A stretch of DNA of 64,000 bases. It comes from Basidiobolus meristosporus CBS 931.73. Its lineage: Eukaryota > Fungi > Basidiobolomycota. The stretch is from positions 197,330 to 261,329 of the forward strand of contig MCFE01000011.1 of the NCBI GenBank assembly GCA_002104905.1. Direction: 5' to 3'. A program made the translations under genes and the position numbers. Shown piece after piece: positions 1-13,391 of the stretch (position 1 is the first letter of the stretch; each line of letters opens with the position of its first letter). Below the pieces are notes generated by a model, which was not told the DNA's origin, did not search any database, and was given only the letters and a program-made list of their open reading frames with translations.

Positions 1-611
1 CCGGCTTCATACTGCAAAGTACGTGTTTTGATACTTCACACGAAGCTTTACTTGAAACGCGGGATCTTTTAAAATTCAGACTCAACACAATTTCTCCGCT
101 CTCGTCCTGATTTATCCAGACTGATAAGCTCAAGTGTTTCTCTGCGTATTTAACCGCCTTGAGGAAGTCAAATCTCGCCTGGAGTAATACCTTACCCACA
201 TTACGAGACTCAAGGTTTCATCAGAACGTCATTCTATTTGGCATTGTGCTCTCCACACTCAATCCGAAGTCGCATGTTTTAATGGGCGTTGTAAACCTGC
301 CTATTTAAAATATGGGCTAGTCGTATCGTATTTCGCATCGACAAATCACCATTGTATTTTCGGTGGATTCCAGCACTTCTGTCAGCCTGGACTGTGAAAA
401 TGAACTGAACATGAATATTTATAATCAATGCGTATTACTGTTGAATTTTCCGCTCCATTAAGTCGTTGAGGCAACAAAACCTGTAAAACTCGCCTTCATA
501 TGATATTCCGGTATATATAAAGGGTCATTACTTCCCCGGCGATGAAGCAAAATTTTCTAACTTAACTTTTACCTAACTGTTTTCTTCTATTTCCCAACTT
601 CGCCCCTCCCC

Positions 612-1610
612 ATGCCCGGCCCTTTCATTAAAATCCACCTTAACAATCCATATTTTTCCCTTTATGGTTGTCCATCGACCTCGGCTGGAAAGGCTCTAAA
701 AGGAACGGTAGTAGTTCACTTGAAACGAGCCACCAGAATAAGGTCGTTGAAATTGAGCCTGCTTGGAGAAAGTAATGTTGATTGGATATATAGCGCAGCA
801 CTGTTGAATAGGAAGTGTCGATTTAAGAGTATATTGGCTGACATGTCACTGATCCTGTTAGAGTGCAATCCAAACTATCACATCCTACCTCCCGGAGAGC
901 ATGAATTCCCCTTCGAGTTCGCGTTGGATGGAGACTTGATGGAAACGATCTCTACTCAGGTTGTTAGATGTCACTATTTTCTTACGGCCGTTGCGGAAAG
1001 ACCACATTTTCAAACGAATCTCACAACCAAAAAAGAGGTGTTAGTTAAGCGCTTCTATCCACAGGAAGATGACCCAATAATATTATCTGAGGCCATTTCC
1101 AACCTGGTGAACATCGAGGTATTTGCTCATAAGAAGGTGTATGGTTTAGGTGATGTTATTCCCATCAACATCCGGTGCATCCCATTGTCGAGTAACGTGG
1201 ATGTCAGAATTAACTGCGCTATCAAAGAGATTACCACTTATCGCAAACCAGAAAGCTCTAAAACAAATGTCGAAAAACGATGGTATAGAGCTCTGTTTGA
1301 AAATGACTACGTGCCAGCGCTGTTTGACAGGTCGATCGACTTCCCAATTCACTCTCACAGTGTGAAATTTGATTGTACTACCCCGTATGTTGAAACGAGG
1401 CATGAGATAGTCATCAAAGTCGAGGCCAAATCTCCCAAGGACTCCGATAACTATTTCCTCAAACTTCCGGTGTTCATTTTATCTGATTCATTTGACAAAA
1501 TCTATGAGACCCTTCCTGAGTATCGCCCTTCAATTGATACGTCAAGGAATATGTATTCGCTATCTATCAATCCCCCCTCATATACTTCCCTAAACCAAAT
1601 TCTAGTTTAA
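612..1610 (+). CDS. Alpha-arrestin (ART-type) protein, intronless
   Basis: 332-aa ORF with arrestin_N hallmarks (LKGTVVVHL..IRSLKLSLLGE, LPPGEHEFPFEFAL.GDL.ETI, HYFLTAVAERP), an arrestin_C-like second half and C-terminal PY-type motifs (LPEY, PPSY). Confidence 0.85.
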   Translation: MPGPFIKIHLNNPYFSLYGCPSTSAGKALKGTVVVHLKRATRIRSLKLSLLGESNVDWIYSAALLNRKCRFKSILADMSLILLECNPNYHILPPGEHEFPFEFALDGDLMETISTQVVRCHYFLTAVAERPHFQTNLTTKKEVLVKRFYPQEDDPIILSEAISNLVNIEVFAHKKVYGLGDVIPINIRCIPLSSNVDVRINCAIKEITTYRKPESSKTNVEKRWYRALFENDYVPALFDRSIDFPIHSHSVKFDCTTPYVETRHEIVIKVEAKSPKDSDNYFLKLPVFILSDSFDKIYETLPEYRPSIDTSRNMYSLSINPPSYTSLNQILV

Positions 1611-2638
1611 TCGTCTGTTGCTTTAACTGAATTGTACTCCTTGTATATATAATAATAAACTTTACTAATGACTATGCCTCTGTATCTCCAAATCTAATGG
1701 CAAAATACGGACATGAGCGACGATATTGGCAAGGAATACCTTTCAAGCGCCAAAAGATACCAAATAGAAGATTCTCAAGCGTTGTGGTCAAGGATCTTAG
1801 AGTAGAGCACCTTCAAATCAGATTGGTGGTGGAGTTCGTACAACTTCTAAGAAATGCATCTGTTAAGATGAAATATCATTTTCCAGTTTGACTCGTACTC
1901 TTGCTGCATATTATGCTCACATTAGAGTCTAGATTAATGGCACCAGTGGCGGATCTCACATATATATATTATAGGGAATGACATCCTGAGCCATGTGAGA
2001 AACTTGTGTAATACATGTATCCATGATCTTATCAATCATGAATTCGTATGATAAAGCTTTGATAAGATTTGCACAACGATCACTCCCATAAGCCTAAATA
2101 CACCAAATTTACCAGATTTGAAAATTAAATCATAAACGCTTAATTCAATGCCTGAGATATATAGGCGTCTTCGTCACTGTTACTAACTCGAAAATGCGCA
2201 GTAAAATTCATCATCAATGTTTCAATCGACATTTTGTGATAGGTTTCATCAATGATAGCAGTAGTGTTGGCTGATTACGAAGCGAGTAGAAGGCCAAATC
2301 CAAGCCTTGCATAGAAGCCAAGTACCATAAGAAATTAGCTTAGGTAAGGTCATCTGCTGCAGATCAGTAGTGTCCTAATTTCCCATGTACCAAGGTATAA
2401 TTGGCTAATTTGTTCAGAATTATCTTGGACAGATATGCTATTATCCACATCCAAATTAACAAAGAAGCTTTGATTCTCATTTGGAGATAGATAGATAGAT
2501 ATACTATTTTGAGAATTTTGTAGATATTAGAAGTAACTAGAAGAACTAGTAGACTATGTAGTTCTTACTTAATGCTTGATTGGATGTAAAAGTGATATTT
2601 ATAATTTTACAAGGAAGGCTCCAAGTGTTGTAAATTTA

Positions 2639-2775
2639 GTAATTACGCCTAAATATTCCATTAACCAAGTCACTTAGGTCATAGAGTATGAATCTTATGA
2701 TATCTTGCCCAAATTCTTTGTTGGGATTTATCTCAATTTATTATCAAAATATCAGGTTCCCAAGACATGAAAATT
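2639..2775. repeat. Degenerate dispersed repeat, copy 1 (related to 42058-42195 and 59792-59836)
   Basis: gtaattacgcctaaatattccattaaccaagtcacttaggtcatag... aligns by eye with 42058 over ~140 bp and with 59792 over ~46 bp. Confidence 0.75.
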
Positions 2776-3755
2776 ATAGTTGATGTAAGTATTTAGGTGT
2801 AAATACAAAATTTACAACTGATTCTTGGAGAAGCCCAAGTTTCACAAACAAATTCTCATGACCTTATTGCTTTCTAGGATCTATCACTATATATAGTATG
2901 ACAAACAACTGCTATTATAGAGTGCCCAAGACAGCTAAATGACCAAGCAGGTAAGATATGTTCTTCTTGGTTCAACTTGCTTCAATGAATACATAGTAGC
3001 GTGGTTCACCTTGTAAAATGCCAGCAGATGAAGGTGATGATAAACTAGTATGATAGAGGTGTGTACTATAAGACCGCTTTCAGTATTGGGCTTTGTAGCA
3101 GCTGAATAGCCGGAATGAGAGGTCTGACTATATAGAAATGACCAGGTCCTTTAATATATGTTTGAGCAGATATCATGTAAACAGACAAACTTGTAGAAAA
3201 AATAGGGCAATATTCTAATGGGAGGTACCAATGGCTGAGTGTATGTCGACCTTAATTTCAAAGTTGGATAGTCAACACGTTCTGTAAATATTACTTGCAT
3301 CACAGCAACCAAACAATATTCTAGTATCCGCTACATGCATTAGCACGACATTATTTACATCATAAATACACACATGTCGAGGTTAGGCATAGCGTGTCCA
3401 GGAAAAACAGAGTCGAGCCATTTGGATCTTAACGTCAAAAGACTCAAACATTAGTATCTCCACATTCTTTGCGAACATTAATAGCGTATGAGTGCTTTAA
3501 TTAAATGGAATTGGAAAGATATAGCAATGACATTCTTATCAGTTGGTCTTTGCAGCATGGTTCGAGTTACATAATTGTGAGATACAAAGCTTATTCATGA
3601 TTAAATGCTATAGTTGATTAGAATCTATTACTCTGGCAAACAATAGATGCAAAAAATGCATAACGACAACCATATAAAATGACTTCTAGATGGTTCATAA
3701 CGTACAATCCCATTTGATTTCATAATCATTTGCACTTCCAAATCAGACTTTCCTT

Positions 3756-5333
3756 ATGAACGAAGAGAAAAAGGTTGGGCACGACGTAAAGCTCACATCA
3801 GTTAATGATGAGTATGAGGATCAGACGGACCCAGCGGATATAAAGATTCGTGTTGCTGGGAAAATCCCCCTTGCCGCTTGGTTTATTATTGTCACTGAGT
3901 TATGCGAGCGGTTTGCTTTTTATGGAGCTTCTCTATTATTTCAGCCCTATATGATCAAAGTTCTTGGGTTCAACAAGGGGACAGCTACTGCTGTAAATAG
4001 AGGTTTCCAGTTTATGGCGTACCTTACTACCATTCTTGGCGCGATTATAGCTGATAGATATTTCGGAAAATTCAAGACCATAGTTTTTTTCTCCATCCTT
4101 TATATGGTTGGTTTGGCCATCTTGGCGCTCAGCGCACTACCATCCTCTGTGGGAGGAAGCTTCGGGGTTGTTGGATTCATTCTCTCATTGTACATTTTCA
4201 TTTCCTTTGGCACAGGTGGTATCAAGTCCAACGTATCCTCATTCGCCGCTGAACAAGTCAAGGATGGCCTGTATCCTACAAAAGCTGCTGGAGTATACAC
4301 CGACTCTCAACTTACTGTTGAACGAGTATTTCGCTTCTTCTACTGGGCAATCAACCTCGGGGCTTTATTGGGCCAATTCATTTGCCCCATTATCGCTAAC
4401 GACTACGGCTCCTACCCGATTGCTTTCTCTCTTCCGGCCATCATGTTCGTCGTCGGGATTATTATATTCGTTGCCGCCAAGAAACTTTACTTTGTCAAGC
4501 CTCCATCTGGCACAGTCCTTTCCAAAACCTATTGCTGTATCAAATATGCAGTGTCTCATCGTAAAGCTGCGAAGAGCAATCACAACTCCCGTGGGCCCAT
4601 CGACCACTGGTTAGACTATGCCAAAGTTGATGGTGTGGAGTGGAACGCTGAATTTGTTGATGACCTGAAGAAAACCTTGCGTGCATGCTTGGTATTCTTA
4701 TTCTATCCGTTTTACTGGGCCTTATATTATAATATGTCTGACAACTTCATCAACATGGGACTTACTATGGAGCGACCATCTTTTATTGGCGGCCCGGAAC
4801 AGCTGAATCTCATCAACAGTCTTGTATTGGTTGTTGCCATCCCAATTTTTGACTCGGTGATTTTTCCCATTTTAAGAAGAATGGGATGTCGGTTAGGTCC
4901 AATAACACGGATTACCATCGGATTTACCATCGCTACCTTCACTTTTGTATACGTAACAGTTCTCCAGCACCAAGTATACAGTACTGGACCTTACTACGAT
5001 TTCACCGATTTGAGCAGTCTGCCGCCCGGAAAGGAGCCAGTCAACAATATTTCGATTTGGTGGCAAGTCATTCCATTTATTGGTATTGCCATATCTGAGA
5101 TTTTCGCCTCAGTAACCGGACTAGAGTTTGCGTTCCGTCAAGCCGCGCCCGAACTCAAATCTGTTGTCACAGCATTATTCCTGTTTACGAACTGTGGTGG
5201 AAGTTTGATTGGATTGATCCTAGCGATTTGGAGCAACGATCCGTACTTTGTCTATGTGTTCGGAATCCAAACCGGATTGATGGCTGTTATGACTGTTGTC
5301 TTCTACTGGTTGTTCAGGAAGTACGACAGTTAA
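3756..5333 (+). CDS. PTR2: POT/PTR family proton-dependent oligopeptide transporter
   Basis: 525-aa multi-TM ORF with ELCERFAFYG (ExxERFxxYG) and GTGGIKSNVSSFAAEQ (PTR2 signature), plus FYWAINLGAL. Confidence 0.95.
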   Translation: MNEEKKVGHDVKLTSVNDEYEDQTDPADIKIRVAGKIPLAAWFIIVTELCERFAFYGASLLFQPYMIKVLGFNKGTATAVNRGFQFMAYLTTILGAIIADRYFGKFKTIVFFSILYMVGLAILALSALPSSVGGSFGVVGFILSLYIFISFGTGGIKSNVSSFAAEQVKDGLYPTKAAGVYTDSQLTVERVFRFFYWAINLGALLGQFICPIIANDYGSYPIAFSLPAIMFVVGIIIFVAAKKLYFVKPPSGTVLSKTYCCIKYAVSHRKAAKSNHNSRGPIDHWLDYAKVDGVEWNAEFVDDLKKTLRACLVFLFYPFYWALYYNMSDNFINMGLTMERPSFIGGPEQLNLINSLVLVVAIPIFDSVIFPILRRMGCRLGPITRITIGFTIATFTFVYVTVLQHQVYSTGPYYDFTDLSSLPPGKEPVNNISIWWQVIPFIGIAISEIFASVTGLEFAFRQAAPELKSVVTALFLFTNCGGSLIGLILAIWSNDPYFVYVFGIQTGLMAVMTVVFYWLFRKYDS

Positions 5334-5713
5334 TTGTTCGAACTCCACTATCTTATCCCCCATTATACCTCCTTGTATTTGGCATTATACAAAGTAATCA
5401 ATAGACGAATCATTTTATGCTGGGGAGAAATATTCCTTGACAAAAAATGGATGTAGCAATACGCACTCTTCGGTTTGACATTGGCTGACGATTGGTAAGT
5501 TGGATTTCAAGCGCCCAGTGAAAGATAACAGACCACGAACTATCAAAGAGTAGAGATTGTCCCAATGAAGTAGCCTCAATAGAGTTGGATGGTCTGCCAG
5601 ACAACATTATACATCTTGGGGTATTAGTTAGCTCAAATAGTTTATTGTATAAAACCAAGATGAAGTGAAACCAGATCGATTTAATACACCACAAACCCCG
5701 TCCAAGGGCTGAC

Positions 5714-6130
5714 TTACTCGTCAGGCCAATGACGTGGAATTCCACTGTCGCGGGGTGCATTCGCGTGGGTGATAATAATGGAGTCCTTTATACTCCTTCT
5801 CGGCGCAGAACGAGTTGCTTCAGTGTCGCCAGAAACGTCTGCTTGCCCCGTTGAATGCCCTCGATTTCCCTCCTCAGTCGCCCAATGCTTTGGGATTCCA
5901 CTCCCTTCGGGTGCGTTTGCGTGACTAATAAATATGGAATCTTTTATACTAGGCTTGGAGGTTTCTTTTAGCTCTCTCCCTGCATGCTTCGAACTTTCTT
6001 TGGAAGATTCAGGGTGACTTTTGGAATCTTGCTCAGTGGTTTTGGAGGTGTGTTCGGTAGACAGAGGGTGTTGTGAAGTCGCTTCACCTGGAGCCTTGTG
6101 AGGGGCTAAATCTTTACCTGAGGATACCAT
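5714..6130 (-). CDS. Small hydrophilic hypothetical protein with a duplicated ~26-aa motif
   Basis: 138-aa ORF containing SIKDSIFISHANAPEGSGIPKHW and SIKDSIIITHANAPRDSGIPRHW. Repeat divergence looks protein-constrained. Confidence 0.6.
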   Translation of the reverse strand: MVSSGKDLAPHKAPGEATSQHPLSTEHTSKTTEQDSKSHPESSKESSKHAGRELKETSKPSIKDSIFISHANAPEGSGIPKHWATEEGNRGHSTGQADVSGDTEATRSAPRRSIKDSIIITHANAPRDSGIPRHWPDE

Positions 6131-6921
6131 TTCTGGAGTGAAATATGGGCGGGTAGGTAAGAGGAATTTTACTCTATAAAGATTGCTATTGTGCTTTACT
6201 TACCGCGTCATTCCTTGCAGGCATTTATATCAAATAGCACCCTCTTTCAAGAGACACTTCACTTCAGAAATGCGGATGATGTCATCCACGAATGGCACAT
6301 GTATCGAATCCTAACGCACAAGGAATAAATGATTTTTTGACTCATCAATCCAATTGCTATATGGTTAACAAATGACTGTGCTGTCATTCCGTTGATTCGT
6401 ATGATCTTTGGCTTTGCTCAGGTACAGGATGGATAACATCGATGATATCATTGCCAGGATTGTAATGACCGTCCATACGCAATTGAGTCAACACTTTCCG
6501 GGCGAGGACTACCTCATCTCTACTTGCACTCCGACGATATGGTTTAGTTTACGTCTTTATTGGTGAATGGCTTACAAACTCAAAAATGGTGCAGCTTTGA
6601 TAACAGCAACATGGCAGTAATCGATATATGAGGAATATTGGCAAAAATGCGAGTAACTGGCAGGAGTGGAAGCAGGGGGAATGACGATAGTTATCTGCAC
6701 CTGCTCTTTTTAAGCAAAGTTGATTTCCCAGTTGTAACTAACTACACTACTGGAGAATGGGAATTTCGTAGGTTCTTAGAATACCGGATAAATATGACTA
6801 TGGCTGGCATGAAGGTATTCTGGGTGGCAGTTCAGTTTAGTCAACGGAACCAGGTCTTCCGAATGCTGCCAAGCACTTATTAAGGCCAAGCTGTTCGATG
6901 TCGAAGTGGGGTATCAACAGC

Positions 6922-7748
6922 TCAAATGGAGACAGTGACATTATCTGCATTCTTGATCGCCTCATCAATACGACTGGTAATGGAAATGCATCGGATATTT
7001 TGGGTTGAGGGAAGTGAACTCAGGTCGAATTTTCGATACAGAACGGTGAATGTTACAGTAGAAGTGATGTTCACTGATATCAATTCATCCTCTTTGCATT
7101 TGCGAATAATCTGTCCAATGGCTTCACTTGAGCCACCACTTAGATCCAGCAACCAAGGGACCTGGAAAGTCTTATCGGCACTTTGTTGCGGAAAAATAGA
7201 AGTTTTCTCCGAGTACGTATACTTGAATATATGTGGAGATGATCCAACCGTTGTCTAAAATGGACCGTCTTCAGCATTAGAATTATAACTAAATATATTC
7301 TCGATGTACCGAGACTTACCTGGATGAGTATTTGATCACTCGAGATGGAGAAATAGTTTGGGTTCGATACCGTAGCACTTAAAATCATCGGTAATTCCAA
7401 AGAAGGGCTCTTGTTCGGCTCCAACCTCCAATTAGCAAGGTTCCCAGTCATCTTCCATGATACATCGCCATGAGGGGCACGAGGCCAATAGAAGAAGCCA
7501 GCCAAAATTCCCGTCAAAAGGAAAATCCCCAGAACAGACACCCAAAGAGTTACCTTCAATGTGAAGAATCTGGTTAACTTGTTGACTAGACCTTTATTGG
7601 TCTCCACTGAGATTGGAGTAGCTTTGCTGGAGTCGAGTCCAAACACAATATGCTCCTTTTTCACTTTGATTTCGGTCTCCCAGTCGTAAGACTCATCCAC
7701 ATCTTTCTTGAAAGGCTTCTTCATCTTTGACTTGGCAAATCCCCTCAT
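6922..7748 (-). CDS. Type II membrane protein with LEA_2/TMEM106-like luminal domain (2 exons)
   Basis: Basic N-terminus, one TM ending FFYWPRAP, then ATVSNPNYFSI. A GT-AG intron at 7255-7319 joins ...ILIQ to TTVGSSPH... in frame with the 6922-7152 ORF. Confidence 0.65.
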
Positions 7749-9466
7749 AACGCTCTTGAGGGTATACACACTTGGAATCGGACAACGATAAATAGTCAAT
7801 TTGGGATTATATATACCAATGAAGCTTAGGAACAGGGTCGACTGAAGGCGCACCGATGTATGTTGCACGTAAAAATCGGTGGTTAGGCGAACAGAAAAGA
7901 TCAATATTAGATCAGTTGTCGGTAACACAGAAGTGAGTCCAAGAGAGATTTAGTTTTCAACTTTAAAACACAAGCATGGTCAAGTCTCAGGCGCTCGATT
8001 TATGTATATTCACCTCCATATTATTGACCAAATTTCAGGAGTAGAATACATAGATGATGCAGCGGAACATGTAGCAACGAGCTAACTGATGCAGTATTTC
8101 TTCAGTCGCTCCTCGATTCTAGGAAAACAATAGGATCATGAAGAACGAAAGGGAAATGGAAAATGCATGTGAAAGGCCAATAGATCGGTTATTTGCGCGG
8201 AGTCTCACTTTCCTATTTGGTGGATCTGTTCGTGTTGCATATGCGAAGTAGATGTCAGAAATCCCCTTTTCACTTGAATGTGTTCATCCTAAGTGATTGT
8301 TTGATAGTAGGCTGTTGATCACATTGTGGCTCCCTGCAAGGGAATACCATGATATCACGACAGTCCCCGTGCAACTCCCCACTATCGTAGTGGTATGCGG
8401 AATATTAGGATGGAGAATAGCATGTTGCAGTTTTACCAGAACACCGAAATTGCGGGAAGCAATCCGCAGCTTCATGAAATGCGTATGGGGAAAATATTCA
8501 TTCAATCCGATGTTGGCACCATCAAGCTTCTGGGCTCCGCACGTTTCATGTTACGAATGCGAGATGTCTAGGTTCAACGACCTTAAACATGGATACCTAT
8601 GTATAACCCATTCTCATTCAAATCTATGTCCCTTTGAATCACTAATGCGATGCTGGCCCGAACTTCCGAACAACGATATACGCATCGATATCTAACAATT
8701 TGAATATCCTCATACGTAACCAAGTCACCACCAATTGACAAAAGAGCACATTATCCTCCATCACATTAATGTACCTGACCAATAATTGATTGCTATGCAA
8801 ATCATGTATGGTCTTCACGTCTGGATTCATACATCTTGTGATTCTATATTCCAAAACGACAATCTTTATTAGGTCTCATATCCTATCTGAGATTATACAT
8901 TTCACTGCTTCACTATGGATATCCCACCAATAGGCTCGTGTAGACTTATCTACCCAAACAATGACTTGACAATTGTTATGGACGTGTACATTCAGGACAC
9001 GCATTACCTCGTGCGCTTCGGGCTGACGCAGAAATGTCACGATACCACCTTGAACCAAACTGGTACTTTGTACAAACCATTTAATTGTCAAGAACGCCAA
9101 CACTAATTTGTACAACTAAAAATTCTAAAATATGAATACAAAGTTTACATACATGTTCTGAAAGTGTGGCAATCTGCGAAGCGATATGTGTGAGCAAGGG
9201 TATTGTCTCGGTCATTCGTCTGGCCATGGCTCTGTGCATAGGCCAGATTTCTACTATAACTACTTGTTTGGAATCTATAGTGGTGTAGGCGGATATTGTG
9301 TTCATCACATGGCTAGTTCATCTTTCAACGGTGAATATGGGTGAGTTAGTACTAATGAGATAGTGAGAATCATAGTCAAGGGCACGCTCTAGGTACGGGA
9401 TTACACATTAGTGAATGTCTATGTTGAGGTAAGAAGCCTCTGCAAGTTGACAAGGTCCAGGCTTTC

Positions 9467-10596
9467 TTAGGCTGTAGATGTACGGCAGTATCTGTTTGTT
9501 TCTTCATATTCTGGAGTGCATGCGTCAAAAAGTGTCTCGTATGAGGGAGGCAATGAAGTCGATGTAAGGCAACGTTCAATAGGTCGATAAGGCGGTAGAT
9601 CTAGAAATATCTCCTGGCTGGACCCCGAAATAATGACAACAGGAATACCAACGTAGACAGCTTTAACCGCACCAGGTGAAGTACGGAATTCAATTTTCAC
9701 CTTCAGTTTGTGTCGAACGTAGATCAAATCGGTCACACAATCACATTGAATAGTGCTACTAGATAATGGAATCTCCAGGCTAAGACTCTTCTCCCAATTA
9801 CCTTGATTTTTAGGGAAGTCTACATTCGAAAGTCGACTGATCCAACGTGTTTGGAGCTTGCACCTTCCTCCCCCAGCGACCCTGTAAGTGATATATTCCT
9901 TTAACAAGCAGGATACTTTTCGTAGCCTTGTATCTTCAGACATTAGCAATATGTTGAAGTGGATGGGTATTATCTCCCCTAGACCAAATGCTTTAGAAGG
10001 GATGTGGACGTCGTACGCAAGCTTATTGTTCCAAACTTCGGAAACGCTAACTGCTTGGATGAGTTCTGTTGAAGAAGGCAAAGCAAATCGCTTGATAACG
10101 ATATCCCTCTCGATCGAATAGTTTGTACAAAAAGTAGGACGATCTATGGTTGCTTTCAGTGTATATTCAACAGTGCCGAATTCGGTATGAATGGTTTCAG
10201 GTAGGTCCCCGCTCAATGCCACTTCGAAAGGATATGAATGCTCTCCTTTGCGCAGCACCATGGGCTTCTTGTGTGCTTCAATGAAGGTCCACGGAAAGGA
10301 AATCACCGTTCGAGTTTCATTCCTCGTTTTATTTTTTGAGCTCGGCACTAGGTGAAGAAAGCAGTCAATGAGTCAGTAAAACCAACGCCAGACGTAGCAC
10401 GACTAAATTTACCATGATCCCAGAAAACTTTCATTTTGCCTTCCAAGAGAAGAGAAACACTTCTAACTTTAAGAGGCTCGGGGAGGTATAAACATAGGGT
10501 ACCGCGTAACACGGCACCTGCTGATTCAGTGGCTGGACCATAGAAGATGACGCTCTCATTAGCTGGTAGGATTTTAATGATAGGAGCTCGCGTCAT
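9467..10596 (-). CDS. Alpha-arrestin (ART-type) protein, 2 exons
   Basis: Exon 1: AGAVLRGTLCLYLPEPLKVRSVSLLLEGK. A 65-nt intron at 10348-10412 restores the frame (H-V-PSSK). Exon 2: KGEHSYPFEVALSGDLPETIHTEFGTVEYTLKATIDRP; C-terminal LPPY and PPSY. Confidence 0.9.
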
Positions 10597-12266
10597 GTTT
10601 AGTCTGGTAGGGAATGAGAATACGTGGTATTAGATTTAGGGAAGGAGAGCTCTTAAAAGTCACAGCCAAGAATAGTCTGGTCCGAGCTTGGATATTTCTA
10701 TATCTCCAAAAGAAAGGAACAAAATATAGAACAATTGTCAGATGGGTGAAATAGTTACGAAACTATTGGTATCCATGAAAACTCTGGCGAACACGGTGTA
10801 ACCGCGCTCGAGAGATGGAAGAATACTTATATGGAATTCAGAAATCACTGATATGTGAGATGTGATGCTGACTGCAAGATTGTAATGTGGAATTGGTAAA
10901 GGTAATTAGCCGATTTCCACTCTGTGCAGAAGTGGGAAGAACCCGAATCGTTGGCTCGGTCTTTTTAGTAAATCTCTGGACAGCAGGACATGATTGATGA
11001 AGGAAATCACCCATAGCTGGACGAAATTCGTATGCTAAGCTCGGAAAAAAGTTTTTAACCACAGATTCGACTGGTCTTGACGAAAAGCATTCCTATATCC
11101 AGCTGCCTCCTTGCGCTGCCATTGGATGATGAGGAATACGTGCGTTCTCTTCTATTTTTATACCGAACTCCGGCATCCCCAATTGACGTACTTTTATCAT
11201 CAACATGGAACGGATGATGCATGGTACTCCGCTTCCGTCGGTAAAATGAATCGTGATGGCCTTTTGCAGCAGTGCAACACAACCCAGTAGTGCAATGTGT
11301 GTGAATTCATCTTACTCCTGATGAGCCAATCAAATGGCACGCAGTAGACCATACTACCCTACACAATGAGTGTGTACATGTTCGCTCAACAACCTCAGCG
11401 GAAAATTAGGTGATTAGGTGGCTATTTTGGCAATCCACCCTCGCAGCATTTAGCATTGGGTGGGAGGACATGACTCGCCCCATCGAGCTACGTGATTCTT
11501 CTAACAAACCATTCACACCGAACCTATATACGCTCATCAACCTTCTCTCAAAGCTTCGCCAAGTGAAGAAGCGCCTCCATTCACAATGGCAACTGTCATT
11601 GTCAAAAGTCTATCTGACGAGTGGCCCCAGATCACTTGACTCTGTTTCGTCGTCATACGCTATTGTATATTAGAAACCTGTATGGAATTGGGGCATCATT
11701 GTTGATGTTCTCATGATCAAAGTTGTGGGTGAACTAGGTGGGGGACATGCAAAACATTTGCTCAATTCCGTAGTCAGGTGAACTTCTCTCTTTCTCATAG
11801 TAAGGTAGTGGTGTCCAATATTCAGAATAACCACAAATGAAGTGCTAAGAAGACAAGGGCATGCGGTTTAATCATTGTCTTACAATTCGAGACTTACCCA
11901 ATTCAGATCAAACAAGAGTGTTAGGGGATGTGGGTTACCGTTGATCTACCTTGGTGTGATTTCCTATAATCAGAGCAATGCTGGATATTTTGGTTAGAAC
12001 GCAGTCAGTCTAGTCTCACCAGTCCTCATTGATACTATCGTGCAATTGTTGATTTGCAATGAAGGGGTTCGTTATAAGATCCGTAATATATTGACGGTGC
12101 CAGATTACAATAAGAATCATTGGTTTCAAGAGAAGGCATTAGCTTGAAAACACATCTGATTGGTTTGAAGTGCCGGTCACATCATCCATGATTGCTTCAA
12201 ATACCACTTGCCCGACTACTTTAATTTCACATTGTACCATCTTACCTGACCGTTATTCCTGATACT

Positions 12267-13160
12267 ATGGTGCGCGCACTATCTATTTTTGCTCAAGGAT
12301 CTCTTATTGCTGCTCTTGTTCTACAGACCGCTCAGGCCATCTCTTTCAAGCAAGCACCTTTTAGTGCTCAAACCCTGTACCCAAATGTTCCGGTTGACCT
12401 CTATGTTATGTCAAAATGTCCAGGTAACTTGCAAATATTTCGGTCAACCATTTGCGGTTTTATCTCACTATAGCTTTTTCAGATGCTGTACGCTGTGAAG
12501 ATGTCTTCGGACGGGTTCTAGATAAAGTCAGCAGCATCATTAATCTTAATGTGCACTATATTGGAGATGAAAAGGATGGCCAACTGGTTTGCAAGCATGG
12601 AGAGGCAGAGGTATACATCTCTACTCAAAAATCTGTTTATGAATATTCTCTTGCTGACTTTATGTTATCATAGTGCCGGGGGAATAAAATGCAGCTCTGC
12701 GCTAAAGCCCTATATCGCTGGCACCAGATCCCCTCCGTTTGGTATAGGTTCATTCAATGCCAAAATGAGGAATACCAAGAAATCGGAACAAACGAAAGCC
12801 TCGAGTATTGTGCTCTAATCAAAGATTTATCGTACAAGCGGCTCAAAGACTGTGCGGATGGACAATATGGCACCCGGTTACTAAACCAATCCTTCACAGA
12901 GTCGAAAAAGAAAGGGATTAGGTACCCAAAGAATCCTCACATCATTGTTGATATTTGAATTTAATCACTCAATTCTATCGATTAGCACGTCATGCACCAT
13001 TGAAATCAATCAAAAGGTTCGCTGTATTCATGACTCCACCTGGAAAGAGTGCGATGGAGGCCATGAGGTTGAAGATTTTGTTCGTGATATTTGTGCAGCA
13101 TATAAGATACTCTCCCCTCGATCTGTACTTCCGAAGGATTGTCCACAGGAACAAGCATAA
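12267..13160 (+). CDS. GILT-like (gamma-interferon-inducible lysosomal thiol reductase) protein, ~4 exons
   Basis: Signal peptide; spliced VDLYVMSKCPDAVRCE; CKHGEAE; LCAKALY..FIQCQN; C-terminal SCTIEINQKVRCIHDSTWKECDGG. These are Cys patterns of fungal GILT-family proteins. Confidence 0.8.
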
Positions 13161-13391
13161 TCAAGTTTAAACAAAGCAGTATTGGTAAAATCCCTTGTAC
13201 TTACGGCCAAAGTCAAATATCAACAAATGTTAATAATCATGAGATTCATGCTGTAACTTCTCCAAATCGTTGAATCTACCACTAATAACCAACCCCAAGA
13301 CCAATAAAGTCAGTTTATTTACCTTCGTTTGCTCTCAAATGGAATGTGTAATAAGGTAGCATCTATACACCTCCCACCAGGGAGTCGAAGG

